DNA of 64,000 nucleotides from Candidatus Latescibacterota bacterium (GTDB lineage Bacteria; Latescibacterota; UBA2968): NCBI GenBank assembly GCA_965198115.1, contig OZ240241.1, positions 3,584,001 to 3,648,000 of the forward strand, read 5' to 3'. Shown piece by piece: positions 63,849 to 64,000 of this stretch (position 1 is its first letter; each line of letters starts with the position of its first letter). The notes under the pieces were generated by a model. It saw only the letters and a program-made list of their open reading frames with translations, ran no database searches and was not told where the DNA came from. The position numbers and the translations under genes were made by a program.

Positions 63849-64000
63849 CGCAAAGCTCGGACACAGTCTATCTGATGTTTCAATCCATAGGGGAATCATC
63901 CACGCACGGTCAATTCGGTGCTTCCATCACCATTCTTCATTCTGCACTTTACCTTTTGCACTTGCCCTACTTCTCCATCTCCTCCAGCTCGGGCAATCGA

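Overview
GC-rich bacterial chromosome segment. The gene mix (sulfatases, PhyH/TauD dioxygenases, Gfo/Idh/MocA, enolase-superfamily, aldolases) suggests an uncultured heterotroph, possibly Latescibacterota-like; this is inference only. (1) The left end holds a selenocysteine cassette: selA, selB, a UGA-containing thioredoxin-fold selenoprotein (WASW-U-GC, with a SECIS-like hairpin) and tRNA-Sec. The ORF track misses the tRNA and splits the selenoprotein. (2) About 6-25 kb and 50-64 kb are mostly housekeeping and catabolic genes, including a sigma54-driven TonB-receptor operon. (3) About 25-50 kb is accessory DNA with seven IS insertions (2x ISL3, 2x ISAzo13, IS21, IS256, IS630-like), all with readable ends and target duplications. 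Removing four of them restores a hidden three-gene operon: a patatin phospholipase and two large, unrecognised signal-peptide proteins. Nearby is a second, membrane-type patatin operon behind a promoter, structured leader and terminator. Intergenic DNA carries several REP-like repeat families. Many genes have 1-bp frameshifts, often in homopolymers (probably long-read errors), and three have in-frame nonsense codons. No CRISPR array, rRNA or reverse transcriptase was seen. All product calls are by motif recognition; no database search was run.
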